From positions 1 to 64,000 of the IMG/VR virus record IMGVR_UViG_3300030329_006583: a stretch of DNA of 64,000 bases; one strand, written 5' to 3'. The notes under the pieces are model-generated. The model ran no database searches. It had not been told where the DNA came from and saw only the letters and a list, made by a program, of their open reading frames with translations. Shown here in pieces: positions 1 through 9,195 of this stretch. Each line of letters starts with the position of its first letter. Positions within the stretch are counted from its first letter, which is position 1. A program made the position numbers and the translations under genes.

Positions 1-92
1 TTACCAAATTTCTCCACTAAGGATGATAAAAATTCCAATGCATCATATGAGAATATTAACGTATCACTTTTTACATCTTTTACTTCTAGCAA
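1..92 (-). CDS. Partial CDS running off the left edge; N-terminus loosely resembles malate synthase A
   Basis: GAGG-N7-TTG at 92, just after the clpP stop (104). Translates MLEVKDVKSDTLIFSYDALEFLSSLVEKFG, open to the window edge. xxxALEFLxxLxxxF recalls the AceB N-terminal helix, but only 30 codons are visible. Confidence 0.35.
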   Translation of the reverse strand, partial: MLEVKDVKSDTLIFSYDALEFLSSLVEKFG

Positions 93-103
93 TTTTATAC
101 CTC

Positions 104-706
104 TTATTCAAAATCAATGTCAACCGTAAGTTTGACATGTAGTTTAGGGACACGTAATTGGTTGGCGAGATTGTGACTTTTTGCATCATCTGCATCCAAA
201 AACCAATCAGCATGACCTCGTTTATGCACATGTTTTAAAAAATAATCGTCTTTTTTACCGCAATTGCGTGCCATCATTGTATATACAATTTGATTCAAGC
301 GATCTGTTTCTTCTGCGCTGGCTTTTATCTCTTCCACTTTTCCGTATTCCATTGAGGAAACATCATGAATCATCACCGTTGCATTGGGATCCATGAATCT
401 CAAACCTTCCTCCCCAAATGAAAATAAAATTGCACCGCAACTCATTGCTTTCCCTTCCACAATGGTAGCCACCGGTACTTCAGAATGCTTAATCGCACTA
501 ATCATAGACATAAGGCTGTAAACCTGTCCCCCATAAGAATCAATAACCACCGGAATAACCTTTTGACCGGTGTTGTGGGCATGAGCCATGTCTAATGCAA
601 ACTTCTTAGCTGCGTCTTCATCAAATTTGTTAACCCTAATAATGGCAGGATTTTTTCTTAATTCATATTCTTTCAATAAAGGTGATACATTCATCGTCCA
701 ATGCAT
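104..706 (-). CDS. clpP: ClpP-family serine peptidase
   Basis: VIDSYGG motif, catalytic Ser in GKAMSCGA, His in PNATVMIHD, Asp in HADWFL; AGGAG SD. Confidence 0.9.
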   Translation of the reverse strand: MHWTMNVSPLLKEYELRKNPAIIRVNKFDEDAAKKFALDMAHAHNTGQKVIPVVIDSYGGQVYSLMSMISAIKHSEVPVATIVEGKAMSCGAILFSFGEEGLRFMDPNATVMIHDVSSMEYGKVEEIKASAEETDRLNQIVYTMMARNCGKKDDYFLKHVHKRGHADWFLDADDAKSHNLANQLRVPKLHVKLTVDIDFE

Positions 707-720
707 TTACAGTCTCCTAT

Positions 721-3700
721 TTAATTACACTTACTATTACCACATGCGGCACAACTTACACAACCTTCCTGATATCTCAAACTATCTTCTGCACTACAAT
801 TAGGGCATGCCGCCTTGCCTGGCTTTGTTCCATCCTGGATATAATTTTTTAAAACACGGGCAATTACCTTGGAAAAAGAAAACAGGTCTGCATCTTTATC
901 TTTTTGCAATTGCTCCACAATGTAATTGATGGGCGCACCATGGCGTAAAGCCAACGAAATAGTCCGTGTAAATCCTGCATGGTTGGGATTATCAAAGACT
1001 GCCACCACATCTTTCACTGCTAATTCATCACCATTTTTTCCAATTCTCAAATCATAACGAGAATTCTTCGTTTTATAATGATGTTTGATAATTTTTCCCT
1101 TACGGTATTTTTTTGGAATCTCTAAATAATTTTGTAAACCACCCATAACCTCATAAGGTCGGCCGCCCATCAAACCGACCAAGATTGTCCATGCCTCACC
1201 TTTGATGGTTACATGGTGTATGTGGCATCGCAGCTCATCGGGACGATCAGGAGCATCATATGTTTTAAATTCTGCATCATTATCGGAATTAACCAACACC
1301 CCTGTTCGACACCCATCCCTATATACAGTAACGCCTTTACATCCTGTCTTCCAACCTGTCATATATACGTCTTTCACTGTATCTATTGTGGTGTCAGCTG
1401 GGAGATTTGTGGTATTGGAAATTGCATGACAGATCCATTTTTGGGCCGCGGCCTGAACCTTTACTTTATTAACCCAATCAATATCATTAGAAGTTGATTT
1501 GTAATAAGGTGAATCCTCAATCTGAGTTAAACCGGTTGTTTCCATCCATTGCTTAAACCCATGGTGATATACCTCAAATTCCTGCCATCTATCACCTGAA
1601 TCATCTACAAAATCCACTCTCCCGCCTATATCATTTTCAGTGAGTTTTTTGCGACGAGTGTATTTAAGAAGATATGCCGGTTCAATACCGGATGTTGTTT
1701 GTGTTAATGTAGAAATAGACCCTGCGGGGGCGGTGGTTGTCAATGCGATATTACGACGCCCATATTTCTTGCTCATCTCCAAAATATCAGGGGCAGCCTT
1801 CCAAATTCTTTCCAGGAATGTATGGCCTTTTTCCTTTTCATGATCATGTATTTCAAATGGCCCTCTTTCTTTCGCCATTATGCAGGAAGAACGATAGGCA
1901 TTAATAGACAGTGTTTGGTAAAAGCTTTCCACAACGTCAATAGAACGTTTTGAACCATAACGAATACCCAAGGCTGCTAATGCATCACCCACCCCTGTTA
2001 CCCCCAGTCCTGTTCTTCTTCCCAGGCGCGCCATAGTTTCGATATTAAGCCAAAGATCTTTCTCAATCTTTTTGACTGTATCAGGCTCTGGATCGTTTTC
2101 TATTTTCTCAAGAATTTTTTCAACCTGCTCGATCTCAAGATCGATCATGTCATCCATTAAACGTTGGGCTTTTTGGGTGACCTCGGACATCTTTTTATAA
2201 TCAAATTCAGCATAAGGGGTAAATGGTTCCTTGACAAACGATAAAAGATTGACCACCATCAATCGACAAGAATCGTACGGCGAAAGAATAATTTCACCGC
2301 AATTTTTAACACAGACACCTGAAGATTTTACATATCCTTCCTCAAATGTCGTAATCACGTTATAATTGTGATGCTCATCAACGGTGATGTTGTAAACATC
2401 TTCGAATCCAATCTTTTTAACACTAGACACTTTGTGATTGTTAATCACCGCAGATTTAAAATTACTCCATGTGCCAAATCTAAACTTATTTCCCACAAAT
2501 TGTGGCATGCCCGTTTTCTCTGCATGTTTTTTCCACAAGGTAGGAGTAAATTTTCCACTCTCTAAAAAGATGCTTCTTCCCGCTTCGATTAACTCTTCGT
2601 TTGTATACCCAGAATATCTACCGTTTGCCTCTCCGGGGTGGGATGCAAAATATTTTTTCCACTCATCTGTCATTTTATGATATGGATTATTTATACCCAT
2701 CATTTTTTCTGCATGCAGTTTCCTGTGATCCTCATGAAGCATTAATACTAAATTATCAATATTGTCATTTTTCGAATCAAAGTCAGCATGGTGAATTGCA
2801 TATTTTTTGCAATCAGTTTCTCCATGATAAAATTTATGAATTAGCCTGTATTGTCGTCTATTTCTCTTTGCACCACCTTTCATGTCGGCGCCGGCATTGC
2901 ACACCTGACGGTATCCATTTGACTCAAACGTATTGAACGGCATTAAGGAAGTTCCCGGTTCCAGATCTTTTAACTTGATATACTCAAGATCTTTAGTGAG
3001 AATTCTGTGATCGGGTGTGGCAACTATTGACGAACCATCATCAAGTATTAATTCCCAAACCTCTTTCTTTTCACCTGTTTTCCGAGGGTTTCTGCCCATA
3101 CGAATTTCTGTTCTTCCCGTAGATGGATTCGTACAATACACAGGAACATCCACAACCTCTTCAGCTAGCTTCTTAATTGACACTGCGTTTCTACCATCAG
3201 CTACAGCAATCAGGGTTTCACCAATAACGCAAGGATTAGTTGATTGAGAACCAAACCCTTCTTCTTCATATATGTCAGAAGGCGTAAGGTTCTTGGCATT
3301 ATCCCAAAACAACAACCCAGGTTCCGCACATGCATGAGCAGACTCAATAATATCATCCCACAATTCTCTTGCATTTACCCACTCACTCACCTCGGGATTG
3401 ACGCTATCCACGGGAAACCGCAATTCAACCTTTTTTCCACGCTCAACGGCACGCATAAATTCATCAGAAAGCCTTACTGAAATATTGGCACCTGTCACCC
3501 TTGTTAAATCTCGTTTAATCTTTATAAAATCAGAAATTTGAGGATGATGAACTGAAATTGTCAACATTAATGCGCCGCGGCGACCATTTTGAGCCACCTC
3601 TCGGCATGAATTAGAAAACCGATCCATAAAAACTTCAATACCATCTGTTGTTCTAGCGCAGTTGGCAGTTGTTCTACCGCGAGGTCGAATGGTTGAAATG

Positions 3701-4104
3701 TCAAACCCCACCCCGCCGCGGCGTTTGGCAATTTGAACCAATTCCTGATCGGTCTTTAAAATACCTCCATATGAATCATAAGGTGATTCCAACACAAAGC
3801 AATTGGAAATAGATTGTACCTGGTATGGATTGCCAATTCCTGACATCGGTGATCCTTGGGGAATAACGTATGCAAAATCTTTAAAAAGACTATAAATCTC
3901 ATTTTCCGTTAAAGGATTGGGGTACTTAGATTCAATTCTGGCAAATTCTTGTGCTAACCGACGATGCATATCATCAGGAGTGATCTCATGTATATCACCC
4001 CCCTTGTCAGTTAATGCATATTTTGTTATAAAAACATTTGCCGCTAATTCATCACCATTAAAATACTGCGTTGATGCCTCAATCGCATTTTTGTAATCAA
4101 CCAT
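721..4104 (-). CDS. nrdJ: Class II (adenosylcobalamin-dependent) ribonucleotide reductase with an intein
   Basis: SNCFV, RRGGVGFD, RRGALM, TNP[intein]CGE, SCRL, RRTGLG, TTAPAGS, TTSGIEP, GCKGVTVYRDG; C-terminal TSCPD-like region and CPNC...CAAC Zn ribbon; no ATP cone seen. ORF opens at 4116 but ATG 4104 has a GGAG SD and overlaps the helicase stop. Confidence 0.9.
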   Translation of the reverse strand: MVDYKNAIEASTQYFNGDELAANVFITKYALTDKGGDIHEITPDDMHRRLAQEFARIESKYPNPLTENEIYSLFKDFAYVIPQGSPMSGIGNPYQVQSISNCFVLESPYDSYGGILKTDQELVQIAKRRGGVGFDISTIRPRGRTTANCARTTDGIEVFMDRFSNSCREVAQNGRRGALMLTISVHHPQISDFIKIKRDLTRVTGANISVRLSDEFMRAVERGKKVELRFPVDSVNPEVSEWVNARELWDDIIESAHACAEPGLLFWDNAKNLTPSDIYEEEGFGSQSTNPCVIGETLIAVADGRNAVSIKKLAEEVVDVPVYCTNPSTGRTEIRMGRNPRKTGEKKEVWELILDDGSSIVATPDHRILTKDLEYIKLKDLEPGTSLMPFNTFESNGYRQVCNAGADMKGGAKRNRRQYRLIHKFYHGETDCKKYAIHHADFDSKNDNIDNLVLMLHEDHRKLHAEKMMGINNPYHKMTDEWKKYFASHPGEANGRYSGYTNEELIEAGRSIFLESGKFTPTLWKKHAEKTGMPQFVGNKFRFGTWSNFKSAVINNHKVSSVKKIGFEDVYNITVDEHHNYNVITTFEEGYVKSSGVCVKNCGEIILSPYDSCRLMVVNLLSFVKEPFTPYAEFDYKKMSEVTQKAQRLMDDMIDLEIEQVEKILEKIENDPEPDTVKKIEKDLWLNIETMARLGRRTGLGVTGVGDALAALGIRYGSKRSIDVVESFYQTLSINAYRSSCIMAKERGPFEIHDHEKEKGHTFLERIWKAAPDILEMSKKYGRRNIALTTTAPAGSISTLTQTTSGIEPAYLLKYTRRKKLTENDIGGRVDFVDDSGDRWQEFEVYHHGFKQWMETTGLTQIEDSPYYKSTSNDIDWVNKVKVQAAAQKWICHAISNTTNLPADTTIDTVKDVYMTGWKTGCKGVTVYRDGCRTGVLVNSDNDAEFKTYDAPDRPDELRCHIHHVTIKGEAWTILVGLMGGRPYEVMGGLQNYLEIPKKYRKGKIIKHHYKTKNSRYDLRIGKNGDELAVKDVVAVFDNPNHAGFTRTISLALRHGAPINYIVEQLQKDKDADLFSFSKVIARVLKNYIQDGTKPGKAACPNCSAEDSLRYQEGCVSCAACGNSKCN
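2302..3231 (-). mobile_element. 310-aa intein with HNH homing endonuclease in the RNR active-site NP|CGE motif
   Basis: STNP|CVIGETLI ... VYNITVDEHHNY ... VCVKN|CGEII; removing it restores TNPCGE. Block B-like ATPDHRIL; internal IHHADFDSKNDNIDNLVLMLHEDHRKLH (HNH) followed by a NUMOD3-like segment. Confidence 0.92.
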
Positions 4105-5515
4105 TCTTTTCTCCAACCGCCTCTAGTTTAGTCACCTCTTTCCATTTTTCCTTTAAAAGGATTTTCATATCATTTTCGTCACTACGGACTGCCTCCTCCA
4201 ACGTTAATTCAGATTCATCAACAATCCGAATCATAGAGCGTGCAGTATCAATGTGGATGGGAAAAAGTAACCCATCCCTACCTGCGCGGTTTTTTGCCAC
4301 AAAAAGACGGCCGCCGCCCGTGGCCTTTTCAGTAGGCTTGCGAGAAAGTGATATCACCAAATCAGCAACCATGGCTTTACCGTATGCCTCCGACATATTT
4401 TCCAAACCTACAATTTCAGAATTAGCCGAATCACGATTAGCCTGACTAGCAGTCCATATGGGAATATTCATATCCATGGATAGATTACGTAATTCTTCAT
4501 AAATCAATTTCAATTCATGTCTCAAGGAATCATAACTTTTTGTAGAACGCATAATATCCGCGTAATCAATTATTATAATACTGGGAACAAACCCTCGTAA
4601 TAATAATTTTTCAATATGATTGCGAATTGTCACAACGCTGGCTGATCCTGTAGGGTATTCCTTAATGATCAGGCGACCTAATTCAGCATCTTCATATTTT
4701 TTCATTACCTCTTCTTTATGATCCTGAACTTCATTACTAGGAATATTACAAAGGTTTGAATCGTAACGAAGGCCTACTGCGTATTCACTCAGTTCAAACG
4801 TATAATGAACTACATTTTTACCATGTCGCATCGCATTGGCACCCATTGCAACCAGGTAATGACTTTTACCAACGCCGGTATTTGCTGTAACCACGCCCAA
4901 CTCCCCACGACCTAGGCCACCTTGTAAAATATCTTTTGCATCCAGGCGACCGATTCCAGTGGGACATACCTGCCTATTGACTTTAACAAACCGAGCGTCG
5001 GCATCTTCAAAAAAATCATGACCAGTAGAATGAGGCATGCCAACTGCCACCGCCGTCTTCATCAAATCCACCACACTCTCAAATTTGTCTGTTTGGATTA
5101 ATTCAACAGCCTGTTCCAGTGCCTCCTTGAACGCCTGTCTTTTACAAAAATCAAGCGATTTGTCTTTTACATACTCAATGTCATTAATATCCGGATTCAT
5201 TTTCATCCGATATAAAAACTCAACAATCTGATCTCTGAGGATTACGTCATCACCCTCACTAAGATCTTCTTTTATAATTGTCACTAGGAGTGACAAAGTG
5301 GGAAAACACTTGTATTTTTCATGGTACGTAAAATATTTTTCAGTCAAATAATGCAAATACCTAACATCAAAGAATTCAGGTACCATCACTTCACAAATTT
5401 GTGCTGCCCACCGATGATCTGTGAGCAACCCTTGAAATATTTTTTCCTGAAAAGATTTGCCATAGTGGGCAAAAGTGACATTAGTTCCAATAATATTTTC
5501 TTGCATAACCTGCAT
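4097..5515 (-). CDS. Replicative helicase (DnaB/T4 gp41-like, SF4)
   Basis: Walker A TANTGVGKS, Walker B IIIIDYAD, IWTASQANRD, VAKNRAG; DnaB-like N-terminal domain. Confidence 0.9.
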   Translation of the reverse strand: MQVMQENIIGTNVTFAHYGKSFQEKIFQGLLTDHRWAAQICEVMVPEFFDVRYLHYLTEKYFTYHEKYKCFPTLSLLVTIIKEDLSEGDDVILRDQIVEFLYRMKMNPDINDIEYVKDKSLDFCKRQAFKEALEQAVELIQTDKFESVVDLMKTAVAVGMPHSTGHDFFEDADARFVKVNRQVCPTGIGRLDAKDILQGGLGRGELGVVTANTGVGKSHYLVAMGANAMRHGKNVVHYTFELSEYAVGLRYDSNLCNIPSNEVQDHKEEVMKKYEDAELGRLIIKEYPTGSASVVTIRNHIEKLLLRGFVPSIIIIDYADIMRSTKSYDSLRHELKLIYEELRNLSMDMNIPIWTASQANRDSANSEIVGLENMSEAYGKAMVADLVISLSRKPTEKATGGGRLFVAKNRAGRDGLLFPIHIDTARSMIRIVDESELTLEEAVRSDENDMKILLKEKWKEVTKLEAVGEKNG

Positions 5516-6469
5516 CTATCTTACCACTGAATTTAAGGATGTGAAAAAAGAATCTGCGTCAAAGGTCTTGATAGATTCTCTCATTAAGATTCTCATGAAT
5601 CCGATTTTATTGCGACTTGGGGTAAAAGTATCGGTGGCGTATTCAATTTTTTTAATATGCTCACCTGATAAATTATGAATATCTAAAAACATCAATCTCC
5701 AATTACGTCTCGCAATGTCGTGGTTCTCATTAATTTCCTGGAATAATTTGAGTTTACTCCCACGAGATTTGTCCATGCTCATTTTAAGTATTTCATCCAC
5801 TGACACAAATTCCTCATCCCCCAATTGTGGGAATCTCTTTACCAAGGTCTTAAAACCGGCACCTTTAATACCTGGTAGCCCATCAGAAGGATCACCAACA
5901 AAACACCTGGCAGTACAAAAATTTTGCACCGACACGCCATATTTTTCCTTTACTGCGTCCATGGTGATAAACCTCTTTTGGCCGGGTGACCATTGTAATT
6001 TTTTTTCAGAAATTAATTGATAATAATCACGATCAGAGCTGGCGATTACACAATTATCTTGTCGAAATTTATTACGAATGAGATAACCTATCACATCATC
6101 AGCTTCGCAATCACCAACATAGATCTGGCCGGCTGGGGTGTGCTTCAATAATTCAATGCATAACGAAATTTGATAATTCCTATTTTCCACAGTATCCGGA
6201 ATATCATCACCATAATACCGGTTAAGCTTTTGAGGGCGGCGACCATTTTTATAATCTTTGAAAATAGCACGGCGGCGGGATGATCCCCCCCCTTCCCATA
6301 TTACAAATATTTGCCTAGGCTCAATTTTATCCGCTAATAACCGGATACCTTTCATAAACCCAACAATGCCACCTACATGATTACCGGTTTCACTCATGGA
6401 AGGATTCACAACAAAATGACGAGTAAAAAAATTTAAAGCATCAATCAACAGTATTGGGCGATCGTTCAC
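5516..6469 (-). CDS. 5'-3' exonuclease / flap endonuclease (T4 RNase H / Pol I N-terminal type)
   Basis: LLIDALN, YKNGR, CEADDVIG, SSDRDY, GDPSDGLPGIKGAG (helix-hairpin-helix); GTG start. Confidence 0.9.
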   Translation of the reverse strand: MNDRPILLIDALNFFTRHFVVNPSMSETGNHVGGIVGFMKGIRLLADKIEPRQIFVIWEGGGSSRRRAIFKDYKNGRRPQKLNRYYGDDIPDTVENRNYQISLCIELLKHTPAGQIYVGDCEADDVIGYLIRNKFRQDNCVIASSDRDYYQLISEKKLQWSPGQKRFITMDAVKEKYGVSVQNFCTARCFVGDPSDGLPGIKGAGFKTLVKRFPQLGDEEFVSVDEILKMSMDKSRGSKLKLFQEINENHDIARRNWRLMFLDIHNLSGEHIKKIEYATDTFTPSRNKIGFMRILMRESIKTFDADSFFTSLNSVVR

Positions 6470-6470
6470 A

Positions 6471-7658
6471 TCATGCCTCCGGATCTAGGATGGTGTCCCC
6501 TAATTGAATTGCCACTGAGCGTACCTCTTCATATGATTCTGGATCCACCATTGAATTGGAATCATCAGTTCTAACTAGTGTCAATTCCAATAATCCTTCA
6601 ACGTATGGTCCAAAAAATTCATCCTGCATAATATGTTCAAAATCTGCCTTATAAAATTTCTTCTCTTTTACAACTTCGCCTGTCTCTGCACTAGATATAG
6701 TGATGGTTTTCCAAGCCCCGCTTCCGGCGATGGCGACCTCACAACCTCCCACAACACCCGTACCTGCTTTTCTCAAAAGATCAAATACCTGTTCATGTTC
6801 CTTGATCCCTTTGCCAAAATGAATCTCAAAATTAATTGTTCTAAAAGGTGGGGACACTTTGTTTTTAATGGTCTTGGCGGAAACATGGATTCCAACCACT
6901 TCCTTGTCTTTATTTTCAATTTTTTGACCGGCACCTAATTTAATACGCACCGATGAATGAAAAGGAATAGCCTTTCCTCCAGGGGTAGTGGTAGGATCTC
7001 CATACATCACACCAATCTTAGTTCGAATCTGGTTAAGGCATACCATCAACACATTTTGATTTGCAATAATACCGGTAATCTTTCGCATTCCCTTGGAAAT
7101 TGCACGGGCCTGCAGCCCAATAGAATCTTTGTCATAATCACCAATCAATTCCGCCTTAGGAGAAGTGGCTGCCACGGAATCCCAGATAATTGTCACCGGA
7201 ACATCTTTATCCATGGCTTTTGCCTTTAAGATCGTCGATTCTGCAATTGCCAACACCTCTTCGGTACAATGGGTATCCACATACACAAACCGCTTGCTGA
7301 TATCAACCCCCAGCAAAGATAGGTTCTCTACGCTAGTTGCATTCTCTGTGTCGATATACACAACAATACCACCCATTTGCTGGGTTGATCTGGCAATTTG
7401 AATGGCTACATGTGATTTACCAATAGATGGGGGACCAAAAATCTCAATAATTCTTCCCTCTGGTAGTCCCCCGTCTCGCCTATTGGAAATAATATAATCC
7501 AATTGTTTGGAACCAGTGCTGATCCACCTTTTGACATGAGTAGGCGAAACATCATACGCCAAGTTATAAGCCACCTTGGAACCATGTTCCTTGTTAAGTG
7601 ACTGAATTAAATCTGACGTAAAATCATCTGATTCACCCTTTATTTTCTTCTTTGCCAT
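6471..7658 (-). CDS. recA: RecA/UvsX recombinase
   Basis: ISTGS, GLPEGRIIEIFGPPSIGKS (Walker A), YIDTEN, IIWDSVAA (Walker B), LNQIR, PGGKAIPFHSSVRI. Confidence 0.95.
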   Translation of the reverse strand: MAKKKIKGESDDFTSDLIQSLNKEHGSKVAYNLAYDVSPTHVKRWISTGSKQLDYIISNRRDGGLPEGRIIEIFGPPSIGKSHVAIQIARSTQQMGGIVVYIDTENATSVENLSLLGVDISKRFVYVDTHCTEEVLAIAESTILKAKAMDKDVPVTIIWDSVAATSPKAELIGDYDKDSIGLQARAISKGMRKITGIIANQNVLMVCLNQIRTKIGVMYGDPTTTPGGKAIPFHSSVRIKLGAGQKIENKDKEVVGIHVSAKTIKNKVSPPFRTINFEIHFGKGIKEHEQVFDLLRKAGTGVVGGCEVAIAGSGAWKTITISSAETGEVVKEKKFYKADFEHIMQDEFFGPYVEGLLELTLVRTDDSNSMVDPESYEEVRSVAIQLGDTILDPEA

Positions 7659-7677
7659 AAAACATCTCCTTCAGATT

Positions 7678-7706
7678 ATTCTAATAACACAATGTGTCGT
7701 GTTCAA
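7678..7706 (-). promoter_or_regulatory. Sigma70-type promoter for recA
   Basis: Minus strand TTGAAC (7706-7701), 17 nt, TAGAAT (7683-7678), then an AAGGAG SD. Confidence 0.65.
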
Positions 7707-7734
7707 AAAAAAGGCGGGTAGAAATCTACCCGCC
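7705..7734 (-). terminator. Rho-independent terminator after the SSB gene
   Basis: 9-bp stem GGCGGGTAG/CTACCCGCC with 4-nt loop and 8 U on the minus strand. Confidence 0.85.
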
Positions 7735-7757
7735 CCGATAAAACTTAAGGATTAGAC

Positions 7758-8537
7758 CTACAGATCTTCAAGATCCGCAAATGCTTCATCCAGGCTTCCA
7801 TATTTTGTGTTGGAAGTACCGGTAGTTGCAGTGTCCTTTGTTGTCGGAGTGCCCCGTGGAGTACCTACCTCACTGACGGTATCATCCCCATTCAGCCAAT
7901 CATTAACGATTTTCTCCAGCTCATCATAACTCTTCAATTGATACATATCATCAAGACTGGGGATGGATCCCATCCAATCCTTTGATTGAGTTTTCTTTTC
8001 ATGAAGAGGACTTTGCTTGCCTCTGGGGCGGACCTCTGTGGTTGCCCACTGTCTTCCCGGGGCTTTTGTACAAACCACTTTGACATCACGCCCATCGGTC
8101 GGATCTGTAATATCACCATAGTCTTCATCCAACATGATATTAAGGAGCGATTGATAAACTGTTTTACCAAAAGACCAAAGCCGGACCCCCTTGTCCTCTT
8201 CACCACGAACCACTACAGGTGCATAGCTTCGCATCTTGGGATATAGCTTTTTGGCCAGCTCATAAGATTCCTTGGAACCCTCATCACGAAGCTTGTTGAT
8301 CAATTCCTTGATGGGATCAGGCTTGCCAAACTGGTAAGGGGCCAAAAGGCCTGGGTTGTTTCCAATATTATAATAGAACCAAAGTTCCTTAAAGGGTTGT
8401 CCATCGTTGTCTGGAAATGATAGAAGTCGAACAGTCGCCTCTTCACCCTCTTGTGGGCGCCACAACATGTTCCTCTTTGAGTTATTGCCCGAAAGCTGAT
8501 TCAGCTTATTACGAATTGCATCAAAATCAATTGCCAT
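7758..8537 (-). CDS. Single-stranded DNA-binding protein (T4 gp32-like)
   Basis: LWRPQEG..TVRLL, PFKELWFYY, GVRLWSFGKTVY, DITDPTDGRD; acidic tail LDEAFADLEDL; position beside RecA. Start revised to ATG 8537 (GGAGG SD). Confidence 0.8.
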   Translation of the reverse strand: MAIDFDAIRNKLNQLSGNNSKRNMLWRPQEGEEATVRLLSFPDNDGQPFKELWFYYNIGNNPGLLAPYQFGKPDPIKELINKLRDEGSKESYELAKKLYPKMRSYAPVVVRGEEDKGVRLWSFGKTVYQSLLNIMLDEDYGDITDPTDGRDVKVVCTKAPGRQWATTEVRPRGKQSPLHEKKTQSKDWMGSIPSLDDMYQLKSYDELEKIVNDWLNGDDTVSEVGTPRGTPTTKDTATTGTSNTKYGSLDEAFADLEDL

Positions 8538-8546
8538 TTTTTCCTC

Positions 8547-8574
8547 CAAATTGCAAATTACAAATTGCAAAGTT
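8547..8574 (-). repeat. Four tandem 7-mers in the SSB leader
   Basis: + strand caaattg caaatta caaattg caaagtt, abutting the SD. Confidence 0.8.
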
Positions 8575-8591
8575 TAAATTAATATACATCA

Positions 8592-8620
8592 ACTATAGTA
8601 TTCAAAATTCAAATGTTCAA
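8592..8620 (-). promoter_or_regulatory. Sigma70-type promoter for the SSB gene
   Basis: TTGAAC (8620-8615), 17 nt, TATAGT (8597-8592). Confidence 0.65.
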
Positions 8621-8622
8621 GG

Positions 8623-8895
8623 TTACCATTTTTTTATTGGGCAGGATTTATTTGGTGCGAAAACATTCGCAGGAAAAGCACACCCACACTGATAACAAAG
8701 GGCTTTGACAATACCTTTATTAGAAACTTTGTTAGCATTACCTACCGGCCTTAAATAAGGGCACTCAATGCAAATATCGGCTCTTTTTTGTGCCAATTCT
8801 TTAATGGTTAGATCTAATTTATTTTGTTCCAAAGATGATTTAAAGTAATTTATCCACCCATCTTTAAAATCCAAGAGCCCTTTTAAATTAAACAT
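8623..8895 (-). CDS. Small Cys-rich putative Zn-binding protein
   Basis: CIECP ... CYQCGC ... CPIKKW; start revised to ATG 8895, overlapping the upstream stop. Confidence 0.6.
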   Translation of the reverse strand: MFNLKGLLDFKDGWINYFKSSLEQNKLDLTIKELAQKRADICIECPYLRPVGNANKVSNKGIVKALCYQCGCAFPANVFAPNKSCPIKKW

Positions 8896-9160
8896 CCGAT
8901 TGGCCGCCGCCAAAATCACTAAATTTTGGCTTTTTCTTTTTTTTGCGTGGTTTATTAGGATATGTAGGCCCGGTGCCGAGTGGTGTAGTAACTCCTGCTA
9001 TATTTGCAACCACACTTTGTTCGTCTGTTTCTTCCGAACCTGAATCATTATCATCCACCCCATCAGGTTCTGTTAAAAGTTTATCATTGTTTTTTTCATC
9101 AGCATCGCCCTTCATTTCCACTAACAAAAATTCCCTAATCAGTTTTCGTAAAACCGTCAT
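8888..9160 (-). CDS. Hypothetical protein (N-terminal LRKLIRE helix, acidic middle, basic tail)
   Basis: 90 aa; GAGGTGG SD; in the co-directional gene chain. Confidence 0.6.
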   Translation of the reverse strand: MTVLRKLIREFLLVEMKGDADEKNNDKLLTEPDGVDDNDSGSEETDEQSVVANIAGVTTPLGTGPTYPNKPRKKKKKPKFSDFGGGQSDV

Positions 9161-9195
9161 TGCGCCACCTCTTTTTAATATATAGGTCGCTCACA

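Noticed and set aside
104-706. ClpP as the head maturation protease
   Set aside because: A canonical gp21-type protease sits in the head module at 45139-45747.
721-4116. Class Ia RNR (nrdA)
   Set aside because: No adjacent nrdB, no ATP cone seen, and the TSCPD-like plus Zn-ribbon C-terminus fits class II.
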